Assembly (NCBI GenBank): GCA_034780895.1
Contig: JAUZTB010000033.1
Span: 35,272,895-35,336,335 of the forward strand
DNA length: 63,441 bases
Direction of reading: 5' to 3'
Source of the DNA: Rhynchobatus australiae
Taxonomy: Eukaryota
The notes under the pieces were generated by a model. The model had not been told where the DNA came from. It did no database searches and saw only the letters and a program-made list of their open reading frames with translations. Positions 51,130 to 63,441 of the stretch are shown in pieces. A program made the translations under genes and the position numbers. Every line of letters starts with the position of its first letter. The first letter of the stretch is position 1.

Positions 51130-51620
51130 CTTCGAGGGAAATCTATTCATTACCTACCATGTCCAAGCATCTGATAATCTGGTATAGCTCCATCAGGTTG
51201 CCCTTCAGCCTTCTCCACTTCAAGGAAAACAAACCCAGCCTACTGAATCTCTCCTCACAGCTGAAATACTCTATCCCAGGCAACGTCCTGGTGAACCTCC
51301 TCTGCATCCTCTCCAGTACAACACATCCTAATTGCCACCTGAACTGCAGAGAGTACTCCAGCTGTGGCCTAATTAATGCTTAATATAGTTGTATCATAAC
51401 CTCCTTACTTTTATATTCTATGGCCTAGCTAATGAAGGCAAGAATCCTGTACGCCTCCTTAACCTCCTGTGGTGATGCCTTCAGGGATCCTTCAACATGT
51501 ATACCAAGGTCCCTATGTTCCTCAGCACTTCCTTGAGTCCCACCAGTCACTGTGTACATCCTAGCCTTGTATGTCCTCCTAAAATGCAACACTTCGCATT
51601 TTTCAGGATTAAATTTCATC
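51130..51620 (-). mobile_element. CR1 ORF2 fragment
   Basis: ORF MKFNPEKCEVLHF...RDLGIHV...LKAS is CR1-typical. Confidence 0.85.
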
Positions 51621-52895
51621 TACCATTCCTCTGTCCCTCTTTCCTCTGACACAAAAGTTTTGTGTCAGGAATTCCACCAATAATAAGATCTTAGATTTAC
51701 TTAAAAGCATCATGATATATCCTGGAAATCTAAATCTGAGGGAAGTACAATAAATGTGGTTTTGACTGTAATACAAAAACATGACAGAGAAGTTTGAAGA
51801 GCAGGCAGACACTACTGTGACAGAGGTTCTATGAAAGGAATAAGTGGCTTAGGGTATCTGACAGGATGTATGTACCTGTCCATGACTTTAAAGGCCTGAG
51901 ATTTCTATAAAGCTGCTAAATCCACTCTTATCTCGAGCAGACTCCCCAAACAGAATTCCCTCAAGCACTTCTGCTCTGATCTGAATGGGGAGGTCTTGCA
52001 CAGCACAGGGCCTTCTGATTATAAATCCCATAGAAATGTTTTGAAAGTCAGCTAAGCCAATATATCCCCAGGCTCAGCTGACACTCAAAAACTGTTAAAA
52101 GTGAAGCATCCTTAAGAACTTTAAATTATCTAAAGTGTAAAATAACCCAAAACTTAAAACACTGACACATTGGAAAACACTCAAAATTAACTGAATACAA
52201 TTAAATGAACTCAGTGTAAATTGCTAAAACTTGCCTTTCCCCCTTGCGGTTTCCCAGTGCATTGCAATATATAAAGTCATTGAACCTTGCATCAGGTCTA
52301 ACCTGGAGCCGATTCATTTGCTCTTCACCACTGGACTCCAACCAGTGTTGGAGCACAGTGGTCTTGATAGGGATGGGACTTTCTTTCACTTTTCTGCATG
52401 CTTATGTAGGGAGTCCCAAGCATCTTCACAGCAACAATGGTCAATATATTAGTAACTTGAACGTAGTGGGTTTTTGTAATATTCAAGATGATGCTGCTGT
52501 TGGGGAAGCTCGCTCATCTTGTGGCCAAGGCCTGTGACTACAGCAAAGTGCCTGTCAAATAAAATTGAATGGCATATATTTGATATTGTGATTTTAACAG
52601 TTAGGCATGAATCAGAAAGCATTACTCTGAAAATAATGCTTTTCAATGGAAAATGAATGCCCAGTGTAAGATATAAATGTATTGCCAGAATATAAATCTG
52701 GAATGTTTAAACAGACAACTGATAGTTTTTTTTCCACAAATAATAAAAAAGGCAAATCATACCAAAACACATCATTTTATTTTTTACAAATAGTGNNNNN
52801 NNNNNNNNNNNNNNNNNNNNNNNNNNNNNNNNNNNNNNNNNNNNNNNNNNNNNNNNNNNNNNNNNNNNNNNNNNNNNNNNNNNNNNNNNNNNNNN

Positions 52896-52975
52896 GTCAC
52901 TGTCCCCCAAATGCTCACCCACCAATAGATCCTTCACCTGTCCCAGTTCATTTCCTAAAACTAGATCTAACATGG
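52896..52975 (-). mobile_element. CR1 APE endonuclease fragment
   Basis: LDLVLGNELGQVKDLLVGEHLGDSD(H) motif. Confidence 0.75.
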
Positions 52976-55896
52976 CATATATGCATAACTACCCAGAATA
53001 TTCCTATAGACCCTCTTTAATGATGATTATAATTTTAAATATGGGATTGTAATAGTATGTTTTGTAACTGGAGCATATAGACATGGAGGTCCCTGGTTCA
53101 ATCCACATTTAGTTCTTATCTGGGCTGGGGTGCTACTTGGTTTCAGTGACCCTGGAAGATTGAATCAGAGGTATTGCACATATCAAAGGGGAAGAAAGCT
53201 TTTAATTGATCTGTTCCCATTAAGTTGTTACTAAATAACCCCAAGTGCAAGTTTGAGGCTGCTTGAGGGTAGGAGAATATTTGGTTGCGATGTTTTCTTT
53301 CAAATGCAAATGCTATCTCAGTTTTGTGAAAAAAAATCACCATTTAGATGAGGTACTAAAAGTGAAATCCCACAGAATTAGAACAACAAAGGATATATTT
53401 TTAGAATCATGGCTGATTGTAAATTCATTTAGAATATCTTGATGTATCTCACCAAAATGGAAGCAAATATGCATACATTAGGAGAGAGCTGGAGTACTTT
53501 GTGTGGAAGTTGCTAAGAAGTTTGCAGTATCTCAGCTCTTATTGTGTTTGTCCTGGCTCACTGCCAATCTAATGGAGGGAGTTTTTCTGTTACAAGGTAC
53601 ACTGTTTTTCATCATTCTGAATAACTCTCTCACTTATAAAAATAGAGTTTGTTAAACAAACAGTTGTTATAGATTGCTTCTCTAATTTGGATAACAAAAA
53701 CTTTATAAAAAAAAATCAGCAAAAGAAATGGAGGGAATCATCTCAGATTCTCAAAGCCTCTGTTATTTTTGNNNNNNNNNNNNNNNNNNNNNNNNCTGTA
53801 TGAATTCTGAACATTACAGTGAGAGGCATTTCTGTAGAACTGGGAACCCAGTATCAAGCAGTCCCAGGTCACCTACAGCAGCAGTTTGCAGGTTCTGGCA
53901 TATACAGGCCTATATACAGGGACGCGGATCAAACACTGCCCCCAGACAAATTCATCCTGTTGTACTTTTAACTTGATCATTCTTTTGACCTGTTTGAATT
54001 CTGTGGGCATGGAGATTCAGAGAAAAATGCTTTGAGTGCTTTTACCTCATAGAGTGTTAACTGCTAAAATGGAACTTTACAACTTGTAATATAGGAAGAC
54101 AAATAGGAACACGAGTTCATGTTCCCCTGCTCCACTACATCCTCAGACTCCTTGAGGCTCCATGCTACATATCTATGGAGGCACGAAGGCAAAAGGTTAG
54201 TCACTCCTGGGAAACAGCACTGTTGAAATGCAGAGGAATGGTCCTGCACCATTCCCAATCTACTTCTGCCACATCTCTAATAAATTTAAATGACTCTTAT
54301 CCCCCCTGCAGGGTCTCTCAACACAATGACCAATCAGTGGTAACTTTCTGTCATTAGAAAATGGATTGAGACCTTCCAAATCAATTGTCAGGAGTCAATG
54401 AGACATTCATGTAGCTGTGAAAGGTCACAGTTAGAGTGAAATTATTATCAGAAATGCAGCCACAAAGCCCTTCATAATTTGTAGTAGTGATTAAAGTGTT
54501 TATCTTGCAAAGTTCCCTTAAACATGATATGGATGTTTCTGTGGGTCACACCTTTCCCTAGGTGGCCTTATATTTATTGGATTGGGCAGACAGTAGCCCT
54601 TCATGTCTGGGGGTTGGGTTCATGTGGATAGAAGTAAAATTTCTACTGCCTGCTGCCTAGAAGATTACAAAATGAAATATATTTAGGGTAGCTACAGTGT
54701 GGTTTCTGGTGAGTAAACTAAACTAAACCTCAACACAAATTTATGTTAACTATTAATTAGATGAAGAGAAGCCAGAGAATAGTTACAGTTGGTCTTGCAT
54801 TAAAGATTCTTGGTGAGTTACAGAATGTTATTTGCACAATATGAGCAGTGTTATATCAGACTCTGATCTGGGAATAATTGATGGATAATTAGTGGGGATT
54901 ATATTCTTTACCTAAACGTATGCAAAATTAGAATTCTGAGTGCTTAGCACTGCTAATGAATGAAAGTCTTGGAAAATTTTCCTACATTGATCACTCCAAC
55001 TTGATGAGTCAGACTTAATCCACAAACACACACACTGTGGATATAGAGATAACAGTAATAGATAGAAAAAAATTTCCATCTCAACACCAACCAGCCCAGA
55101 CCTATCCAAGTGACTGGGAAAGGTGGTAAATGGGAGAGGTTCAATTTTCACTCTGTTCTACAGATCAAATGTTGCTGTTTGAATGACTTTGGTTTTAGTT
55201 GTATATGAGGCTCCTGCAGAGCTCTGGCAAAGCCCCATTCATAACTGACATTCATGGAGCCCCAATGTTACTTTGGCTAACTGGTGAGTAGCACATCTAC
55301 TGCAGCCACCTCACCTGGCAAAGTAGTTGGGACACTATTATTGTTTATGAAGGTAAAATACAAAGATATTTTTAATGGAGCCAGGAAAAATAGGTGCATC
55401 CTCTGAGCTCCAGAAGGAAATTGCCTTCACCGTTTCTCAGGGTCTCCTTAGATCCCGCAGTCTCAAACCTCCCAAAACACTCCTCTCCTGGATTGGCAGT
55501 CTTCTTTTGGTGCCAGTGAACACTTTCCCCATGCGTTGGTGGTGTAGGAGAAGCCATCTATATGTTCAACTCTTGACTCTCCAACAACTCCTGTATAGCA
55601 ATACCCCCTACTCCACATCCCAGAGAGATTTAAAATCAACCATAATGTCTCAATTTATGTTGAGCCAGGAGTCATTTCATGATGTGGTCCTATTTTCTGT
55701 TGAATCCCCAGGTTTCCAGATGATAATAGTTTATTGTACATGGTATCTCATGTCCAGTTTCCATGTCCTGCAATAGTTGAAACACAGTAGTCCAGAAACN
55801 NNNNNNNNNNNNNNNNNNNNNNNNNNNNNNNNNNNNNNNNNNNNNNNNNNNNNNNNNNNNNNNNNNNNNNNNNNNNNNNNNNNNNNNNNNNNNNNN

Positions 55897-56040
55897 TCCT
55901 TGCTTTTATATTCTAGTCCTCTTGAAATGAATGCTAACATTGCATTTGCCTTCCTTACTACTGACTCAATCTGCAAGTTAACCTTCAAGGAGTCCTGTAC
56001 TGGGACTCCCAAGTCCTTTGAACCTCCGATTTTTGAATTC
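55897..56040 (-). mobile_element. CR1 ORF2 fragment
   Basis: DLGVPVQDSLKVNLQIESVVRKANAMLAFISRGLEYKSK. Confidence 0.85.
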
Positions 56041-56819
56041 ACTTCCCGATTTTGTCTTGGTGTTGAACCCAAGCTATGAAGACAATGACCTAATAATTGT
56101 ACAGTGCCAGTAAACAAACAATGTTCAAGGAACCCACATCAGGTTTCTGTCAGGGCCCCTTGCTGCAAGGTTCCATTGCCCTTAAGATTAAGGCATCATA
56201 AGAAATAAATTTAGCCACAGATGGAAAAGGTCATGTCTCTGCTCATTGAGCCAACTTGGATAGATTACATATCATGGGTAATGGGGTTTGGGGGAGCATG
56301 GGAGGTAGAAAGGCTAAAGGGGTATAACAGGTCAAACTCTCAGGAGGAAAGGAATTTCAGTTAGAACTCTAGAACCTGGTTGAGGCATTGGAAGGAAAGG
56401 TGTTGTTGTGATTGGCTGAGAAGGCAACTTAGGGTTGCAATTATGGTAAGACTGGTGGTGGGCAACCTAAACAACATCCACACCAAGGGGGGGGGGGGGG
56501 TTAGTGGGCAAAAATGGCAAGAAGAAATTATAAAAGAAATTTTGCCAGACTGGTCCCCTTTAAGCAGCCCAGAAGCAACTTTCCTTGCATTGTGATGTCT
56601 TGTTTCTGTACAAGTGGCATACTGCATGCTGTCTATATGCTAGAAATGCATAAATAAAATTTGCCTGAGTGATGTCAAAAGCTGCATGGCATGCCATTTG
56701 ATGGCATTGGGCACGTCTAGGAGCCTCCGTGCATCAACAGCTCATGTATATATATCACCTTTATTGATCAGGTTTCACATTAAATGTGTTCAGGCAATGT
56801 GCAAAAATTCATCAAGATC

Positions 56820-57130
56820 ACAGCTGGTCTTCCACCTCAGCACCATTTTCCATCCACGTCTACACAAGAACCATTTTCCATCCCTGCATCCTCTGATTTT
56901 CTTAATGCCCAAAAATTTATCAATCTATCGATCTCTGTTTTGAATGAAGATAACAAATGAGCTTCCAGTGCCGTACAGGGTAGAGAATTCCAAAGATTCA
57001 CAGCTTTCTGAGTGAAAATATTTCTCCCCAACAATCTACCATCCCAAACAAACTACTATCCCATTCTCAAAATGTGTCCCTTGGTCCTAGAGTTCTCGTT
57101 CAGGGGAAACATTCTCCCCGCACCCTACCC
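56820..57130 (-). mobile_element. CR1 3' fragment
   Basis: RNIFTQKAVNLWNSLP...FKTEIDR. Confidence 0.8.
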
Positions 57131-57274
57131 CTCATATTTTAAATCTATGTCACTGGAGATCAGCAGCATGGATCATCTCTGAACCACCTCCAGGAAATGA
57201 ACATCATCCTTGTATATCTGTATTCATTTCAGCTGACTAAAGCTCCAGTGGAGGAATCTGCAGATCATACACTT

Positions 57275-57630
57275 CTGAGATAAGGTTCTGGTCATATTCT
57301 TAAACATCATGGGTGTCTCTCCAGTGTAGCACCAAATGAGTGCTGTATTGTCAGAGGGGTCAGTCTGCAAATTATAGACAGAGGGCCCTCTGGCTTGTTT
57401 AGATAGGCATTAAACATCTCTTGACACTCTCAGAAAAAGAGGGAGGAGGTTTTACGACCTCTTCAGCAACATTCTCACTAAAACCAGATTAACATTGAAT
57501 TGTCGCTTGTGGGATCTTGCTCTGCACCAAAGTGACTGCCATGGTTACCTGCAAAACAATTATTATATCAAAGGTGCTTTGCAATGAGTGTCACAGGTGT
57601 GAGAATGCACAATAGTAATGCAAATCTTTA
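57275..57630 (+). mobile_element. DeuSINE (SacSINE1-like), degenerate
   Basis: ctccagtgtagcacc...gagtgctgtattgtcagagg ... cactaaaaccagatt ... ttgtgggatcttgctctgcacc ... aatgcaaatcttt follows the recalled Deu-domain SINE layout. Reverse-strand relics at ~6885-7160 and ~24505-24650. Confidence 0.65.
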
Positions 57631-58841
57631 TTTCCCAATATGTGTGCATTCACCAAACTCACTTGNNNNNNNNNNNNNNNNNNNNNNNNNNNNNNNNNNN
57701 NNNNNNNNNNNNNNNNNNNNNNNNNNNNNNNNNNNNNNNNNNNNNNNNNNNNNNNNNNNNNNNNNNNNNNNNNNNNNNNNNNNNNNNNNNNNNNNNNNNN
57801 NNNNNNNNNNNNNNNNNNNNNNNNNNNNNNNNNNNNNNNNNNNNNNNNNNNNNNNNNNNNNNNNNNNNNNNNNNNNNNNNNNNNNNNNNNNNNNNNNNNN
57901 NNNNNNNNNNNNNNNNNNNNNNNNNNNNNNNNNNNNNNNNNNNNNNNNNNNNNNNNNNNNNNNNNNNNNNNNNNNNNNNNNNNNNNNNNNNNNNNNNNNN
58001 NNNNNNNNNNNNNNNNNNNNNNNNNNNNNNNNNNNNNNNNNNNNNNNNNNNNNNNNNNNNNNNNNNNNNNNNNNNNNNNNTGCTGATAGACTCTTTCCAA
58101 TTCATTGTCTTGTAACTTGGTCTATATCTACTTCAATTGTTTCTTTTTTAAATCCCATTCTTTAACTTCCTTGTGACTCCTTTCTTGCTTTCCCCCTTCC
58201 TTCTACTTTTCTTTTTTCTTCTACTTTCTTTTTCACTATCTGTCACTTTTGATCTCACTCTGTGCCTTTTCTCATCTTTACCATCCATATCATCCTTCTC
58301 TCACCAGCACTTAAATATCTGAAACAAAAATCACATAAAAAGGAGATGAATAACTTGCCAACAACTTTGAGTTCACAGGATCCCTGACAAAGGGAACACC
58401 CGACAAGCGTAGCACAAAGGTTGAGCAGGCTTCACTGAACAAGGAGCCAGGCAAAGCTCATTAAAGCAGTAAGAGTCATTGGAAGGTACTTGCAACAACC
58501 CGTAACTCTTATTCATCATCCAGAGTCTTCCTTTGAACTAATTTTGATTTCTCCTCAGCACATCGTTTCAGAGAGTCTCCACTGAGTATCAGTCCTCTTC
58601 CCTACAAGTTCCTGCTGTTGGCACAGCAGCTTTTCTCTTTTACCAGCATTGTTTACTCACTAACTTTAGCTCGGCAAGCCTTTCAGTGAAGTGCAGCTCA
58701 AAACAAAAGCTGAGAGCTTTGATAAATTTATAAATGGCTGCTTTCACTGATAATTCAGGCATGCAGTCACACCTTTATTCAGATAGAAGCTTGGTAGAGC
58801 CTAGAGCAAACCAATCCAAAATAGGAAGTTATGGGGCTTAC

Positions 58842-58903
58842 CATTCGCCTGTGGAGGGGAGTACGGCTCGGATCCAGAATCAGGAGGAGATTCAGGTAAA
58901 GTG
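58842..58903 (-). CDS. MYRF: MYRF exon ~4 (62 nt): TLPESPPDSGSEPYSPPQAN
   Basis: ttctcag acceptor, gtaag donor; matches the human TLPDSPPDSGSEAYSP segment (GSK3/FBXW7 phosphodegron region); ends phase 1. Confidence 0.93.
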
Positions 58904-59475
58904 CTGAGAAAACAAAAATGTGGCATAACAATTAAAAGTTACAGGAATTAAGTGGTGGAATAACTCCGAGCTGAACTTGAAAGACAGATTGAAATGATGA
59001 TAACAAGATCAAACACATGACGTTTTCTTGACCAACTGGCACATTGGAATTGCACTCTGAGACTGTGAATATCAGCTCAGAATGTCACGGACCTCTTAAG
59101 AGTATTGCTGTACTTTAATTATTTCCTCCTACTTTAATAACAAAATCATACAATTTTCTTCCTTGTGGCTCTGTCAATGCTCTAAAGCAATTATTTGCAG
59201 GCAAGGCTCAGGCTGTCTGCAGAGCAGCCAGCTTAGAACAACAATTCTCAGCTCACAGGGTCCCTGACAAAAGGAAACCTCAGTAAGCACCATTCAATAA
59301 TTAGGGGATCCAGAGCAAAATGATGGAGAGAGTTTGGGGCTATGATCCTTCATCTTGTGCATCTTAGATGACGGCNNNNNNNNNNNNNNNNNNNNNNNNN
59401 NNNNNNNNNNNNNNNNNNNNNNNNNNNNNNNNNNNNNNNNNNNNNNNNNNNNNNNNNNNNNNNNNNNNNNNNNNN

Positions 59476-59545
59476 GTTAATTTGGGGTTTAAAATGGGTG
59501 GTGTGGACTCATTGGGCCGGAAGGGCCTGTTACCACGCTGTAAAT
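59476..59545 (+). mobile_element. HE1 SINE/CR1 3' tail next to a gap
   Basis: ggactcattgggccggaagggcctgttaccacgctgta. Confidence 0.7.
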
Positions 59546-60639
59546 AAAATTTTAAAAATTTTTTAAAAAGGAGCAATTGGGTATTACTAATTAATCACCT
59601 ACAACCCCTTCCTTTTGTATTTGCTTAAGGATGTCTGAGCAAAATTCCTGGAAACGAAATTGGGCTTGATCAGTTGTATTAGAAGGAGTCCCCTTAAATT
59701 TCTAAAATGGTAGTTGTGCACAGTAAAGGCAAATAAGTCAATGGTGGTGCCAGACAGCAAGCAGGCCGACTTATATTGCACTAAGTTTTGAACAGTGTGC
59801 ATCCTAGGATTCTTATTTCTCAAACAAGTCCCGTAATCACACATGAAGAAGGGACTAACCACACAGCTCCCTGCAACCTGCTTGTATTTATTTATTCTTG
59901 AGAAACCAGAGCAAAGGCGTTTACATTTTACTGCTGTGCACAACACCAAGGTTAGGAGAGAAAACGTAGGCAACATCAATCCTGAGCTGAACTGCTCAGG
60001 GAGGAGCTCCAATGAAGCAAACATGGAGTGGGACACAAAGTAGTATTGAAACAACTAGATCAAATATTAAAAGTTGAACCAAGCAGAGAAAGGCAAAAGG
60101 CAGAAGCATCACTAAAACTTCCTAAACTGGTCACTGACCTTTGCACTTCTTCAGAGCCACTTTGTCAATTTTCTCCTTTCTCTTCAGGTGTTACTTTCAT
60201 GAACATTGGATCAGATACGACTTTGAGTTTCTCTCAGTTGTGAAAATTACAAATGCATATGTGGTCTAATTAATTCTTTTGTGATGTGTTGGTGTTAGCT
60301 ACTTAATTTTACTGGGGCCACTTCTGAGTTTGTGTACTTTAAGTGAATGACTGGTGAAGCCAACAGGTGCCCTTCTGATGTCATTGGAGAGCAACTCAAT
60401 TAAAGCACATTGGTGCATGTTTCTGTAATGATACGTAGCTCACTGAATGGGATTTCTGGCAATGCTGGCATCTAGTTAAAGAATGTTTTCAGCCTCTTAA
60501 AAAATGAACTGTTACTTCGCTGAAGTATTTATCATGTCCAAGATTTGGAGCAATTCCAGACCCTCAAGTTTAGTGGCTTAGCCCTAGAGGTCTTTGTATA
60601 GCAGGTCCGAGCACTAAAAACAGCCACTCAGTCCATTAC

Positions 60640-61200
60640 AGTCACCCACATTTCCATTGCTTATTTAGTTTTACTTAAAATAGCCTTATTGTTCTGGTAG
60701 AATGTTCCATAGTCTCACCACTCTCTGAGTTAAAATTTTTTCTTAAATTCTTGATTTGATTTTTTTGTTACCATGAAGGAACAAACCTCAGCCTGTTTAT
60801 CCTTCAAGGTATAAATCATATTTCTGGTGACGTCCTTGTTTATCTTTTTTGAACTTTCTCCTGAGCTTCTATACTCTATTAATAATATGGTGAGCAATTG
60901 AGGTCTAAACAAGGGTCTATACAGATTTAACTCTACTTCCCCAGAAATAAACCTGAAGCATGTTTTGCTTTTTTAATGGTTTAATTATCTTACATTGCTA
61001 CTTTTAATAATTTGCACCTCCAAGAGTGATTTCTTTATTGTCCTTGAAAATATAATGCATTATATTTAGCACTGTTAGAATTTATTTATCAAATAATCTC
61101 CCATTCTCTAAGTTTATTAATGATTTCATGTAATTTGTCACATTTCTCATCAGGTTGGTAGACTATTCTTCCCAATTTGGTGTCACCCCCAGACTTCCAA
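60640..61200 (-). mobile_element. Highly decayed CR1 fragment
   Basis: GGDTKLGRIV...CDKL...KLREW remnant of the DDTKLG RT motif. Confidence 0.55.
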
Positions 61201-62219
61201 TCAACCAGAGAGAAATTACTCTCCCTANNNNNNNNNNNNNNNNNNNNNNNNNNNNNNNNNNNNNNNNNNNNNNNNNNNNNNNNNNNNNNNNNNNNNNNNN
61301 NNNNNNNNNNNNNNNNNNNNNNNNNNNNNNNNNNNNNNNNNNNNNNNNNNNNNNNNNNNNNNNNNNNNNNNNNNNNNNNNNNNNNNNNNNNNNNNNNNNN
61401 NNNNNNNNNNNNNNNNNNNNNNNNNNNNNNNNNNNNNNNNNNNNNNNNNNNNNNNNNNNNNNNNNNNNNNNNNNNNNNNNNNNNNNNNNNNNNNNNNNNN
61501 NNNNNNNNNNNNNNNNNNNNNNNNNNNNNNNNNNNNNNNNNNNNNNNNNNNNNNNNNNNNNNNNNNNNNNNNNNNNNNNNNNNNNNNNNNNNNNNNNNNN
61601 NNNNNNNNNNNNNNNNNNNNNNNNNNNNNNNNNNNNNNNNNNNNNNNNNNNNNNNNNNNNNNNNNNNNNNNNNNNNNNNNNNNNNNNNNNNNNNNNNNNN
61701 NNNNNNNNNNNNNNNNNNNNNNNNNNNNNNNNNNNNNNNNNNNNNNNNNNNNNNNNNNNNNNNNNNNNNNNNNNNNNNNNNNNNNNNNNNNNNNNNNNNN
61801 NNNNNNNNNNNNNNNNNNNNNNNNNNNNNNNNNNNNNNNNNNNNNNNNNNNNNNNNNNNNNNNNNNNNNNNNNNNNNNNNNNNNNNNNNNNNNNNNNNNN
61901 NNNNNNNNNNNNNNNNNNNNNNNNNNNNNNNNNNNNNNNNNNNNNNNNNNNNNNNNNNNNNNNNNNNNNNNNNNNNNNNNNNNNNNNNNNNNNNNNNNNN
62001 NNNNNNNNNNNNNNNNNNNNNNNNNNNNNNNNNNNNNNNNNNNNNNNNNNNNNNNNNNNNNNNNNNNNNNNNNNNNNNNNNNNNNNNNNNNNNNNNNNNN
62101 NNNNNNNNNNNNNNNNNNNNNNNNNNNNNNNNNNNNNNNNNNNNNNNNNNNNNNNNNNNNNNNNNNNNNNNNNNNNNNNNNNNNNNNNNNNNNNNNNNNN
62201 NNNNNNNNNNNNNNNNNNN

Positions 62220-63441
62220 TGCCTGGTGTATTTTTGTCATTCAAGCAGTCCTTTCCTCTGAGTACTTCCAGCTGAAATTGGGAAATTCCCCACCTGGAAC
62301 TGTTCCTCTTCTGCAACCAGAATGGAGCTGCCAATACATTCAATGTTATGCAAAATCCAGAAGGTCCCTGAACTTCCTGCAATATGTTGTGCCATAAATC
62401 CTTTGATGCCCAAGTCTACAATATCACTATGAAGCAATTTGTTTTGAGAGATTCTGGGGCAAAGATGATACTGAAATTCTCCAGGTGCTCTGCATCATGC
62501 TGAATGGGATTGTGATAAATTGGATAGGCACAGAAAGGATCGGACAGCTTTAAACTGAGCATCCATGAGGCACTGAGGACCATTATCAGCAGAAATGCAC
62601 GTCACCACGATCTGTAACCCCATGATTTAACATATCCCTCACTTGACCATTACTATCAAACCAGGAGATCAGCCCTAGTTCAGTGAGGAGTGCAGAAAGG
62701 CATGATGTGGACTGCACCAGGTGTATCTAAAAATAAGGTTCCAAATAGTGAAGGACTACATGTGCAAAAGTAGGATACAATGGACAGTTAAGGGATCGGA
62801 TCAGACCAAAACTCTGCAGTCCACTCATATCTAGGCATGCATGGTGATGGACTCTTAAACAACTAACAGAGGAAGAGGATCAAGAGGATCGAAGAAAATT
62901 TCCATCCTCTATGACGGTGGGGCCTGGCATGCAAGTGCTGAAGACCAGGCTGAAGAATTTGCAACCATGTTCAGCCAGAAGTGCCAGCAGATGAATCATC
63001 TTGGTTTGTTCCTGAGATCTCCAGCATCACAGAATCAAGTCTTCAACTGTTTCAATTCACTCCACGTGATATCAAGAAACTGCTGAGAGCATTGAACATA
63101 GCAAAAGCCAGACAACATCATGTCTGTAGGACTGAAGACATGCTCCAGAAATAGCTGCACCTCTAGCCAGGCTATTCCAGCACATTTACAACCTTGCATC
63201 TATCCAACAATGTGCAAAATAGCCGAGGTATATCCCGTTCACAAAAAAAGCAAGATTCCAATCCAGCTATTTGCCACCCATTCTGTCCACTCAATCATCA
63301 GCAAAGTAATGGAAAGTGTCATCAATAGTACAATGACATATTCAGTGATGCCCAGTTTGGATTTCACCAGGACCATTTGTCTCCAGACTTAACACTGCCT
63401 TGGCCCAAATCTAGGTCAAAGAAGTGAATTCCAGTGGTGAG
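62220..63441 (+). mobile_element. CR1/L2-group LINE ORF2 (endonuclease-RT linker and RT start), degenerate
   Basis: IYPTMCKIAEVYPVHKK...SIISKVMESVIN followed by cagtttggatttc (QFGF): RT domain 0-2 motifs with frameshifts. Confidence 0.8.

Noticed and set aside
61089-62397. Long ORFs of 150-400 aa in the track (also at ~7350, 17630, 32070, 38650, 57580)
   Set aside because: They consist of X translated from N gaps.
58904-63441. MYRF exons 1-3 or promoter
   Set aside because: No matching peptide or CpG island; the region is intronic sequence, LINE debris and gaps. Exon 3 could lie in the 61228-62219 gap or beyond the window.

Overview
Vertebrate (not prokaryotic) genomic DNA from a gapped draft assembly. 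The repeat landscape (HE1-type V-SINE, DeuSINE, CR1/L2 LINE fragments) points to a cartilaginous fish, possibly a batoid. The whole window lies inside one minus-strand gene, MYRF (myelin regulatory factor). I traced 19 coding exons (2483 nt) with GT-AG boundaries and consistent phases. They run from the N-terminal phosphodegron exon (58842-58903) through the NDT80-like DNA-binding domain, the phage-tailspike-like intramolecular chaperone autoprocessing (ICA/peptidase S74) domain, the coiled coil and the TM helix into the ER-lumenal C-terminal domain (to 1380). The first ~3 and last ~3 exons lie outside the window; exon numbers follow the human gene as I recall it. Main anomalies: (1) the phase-required exon 16 is absent, and its intron holds a GC/CpG-rich 2.6-kb block with unexplained exon-like sequence; (2) exon 9 is split by a false 100-N gap and can be rebuilt; (3) exon 6 is 101 nt and lacks the mammalian Pro-rich extension; (4) a diverged ~45-bp direct repeat with SOX-like sites flanks exon 4. 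I found no convincing previously undescribed system; the self-cleaving, phage-chaperone-related transcription factor is established biology.
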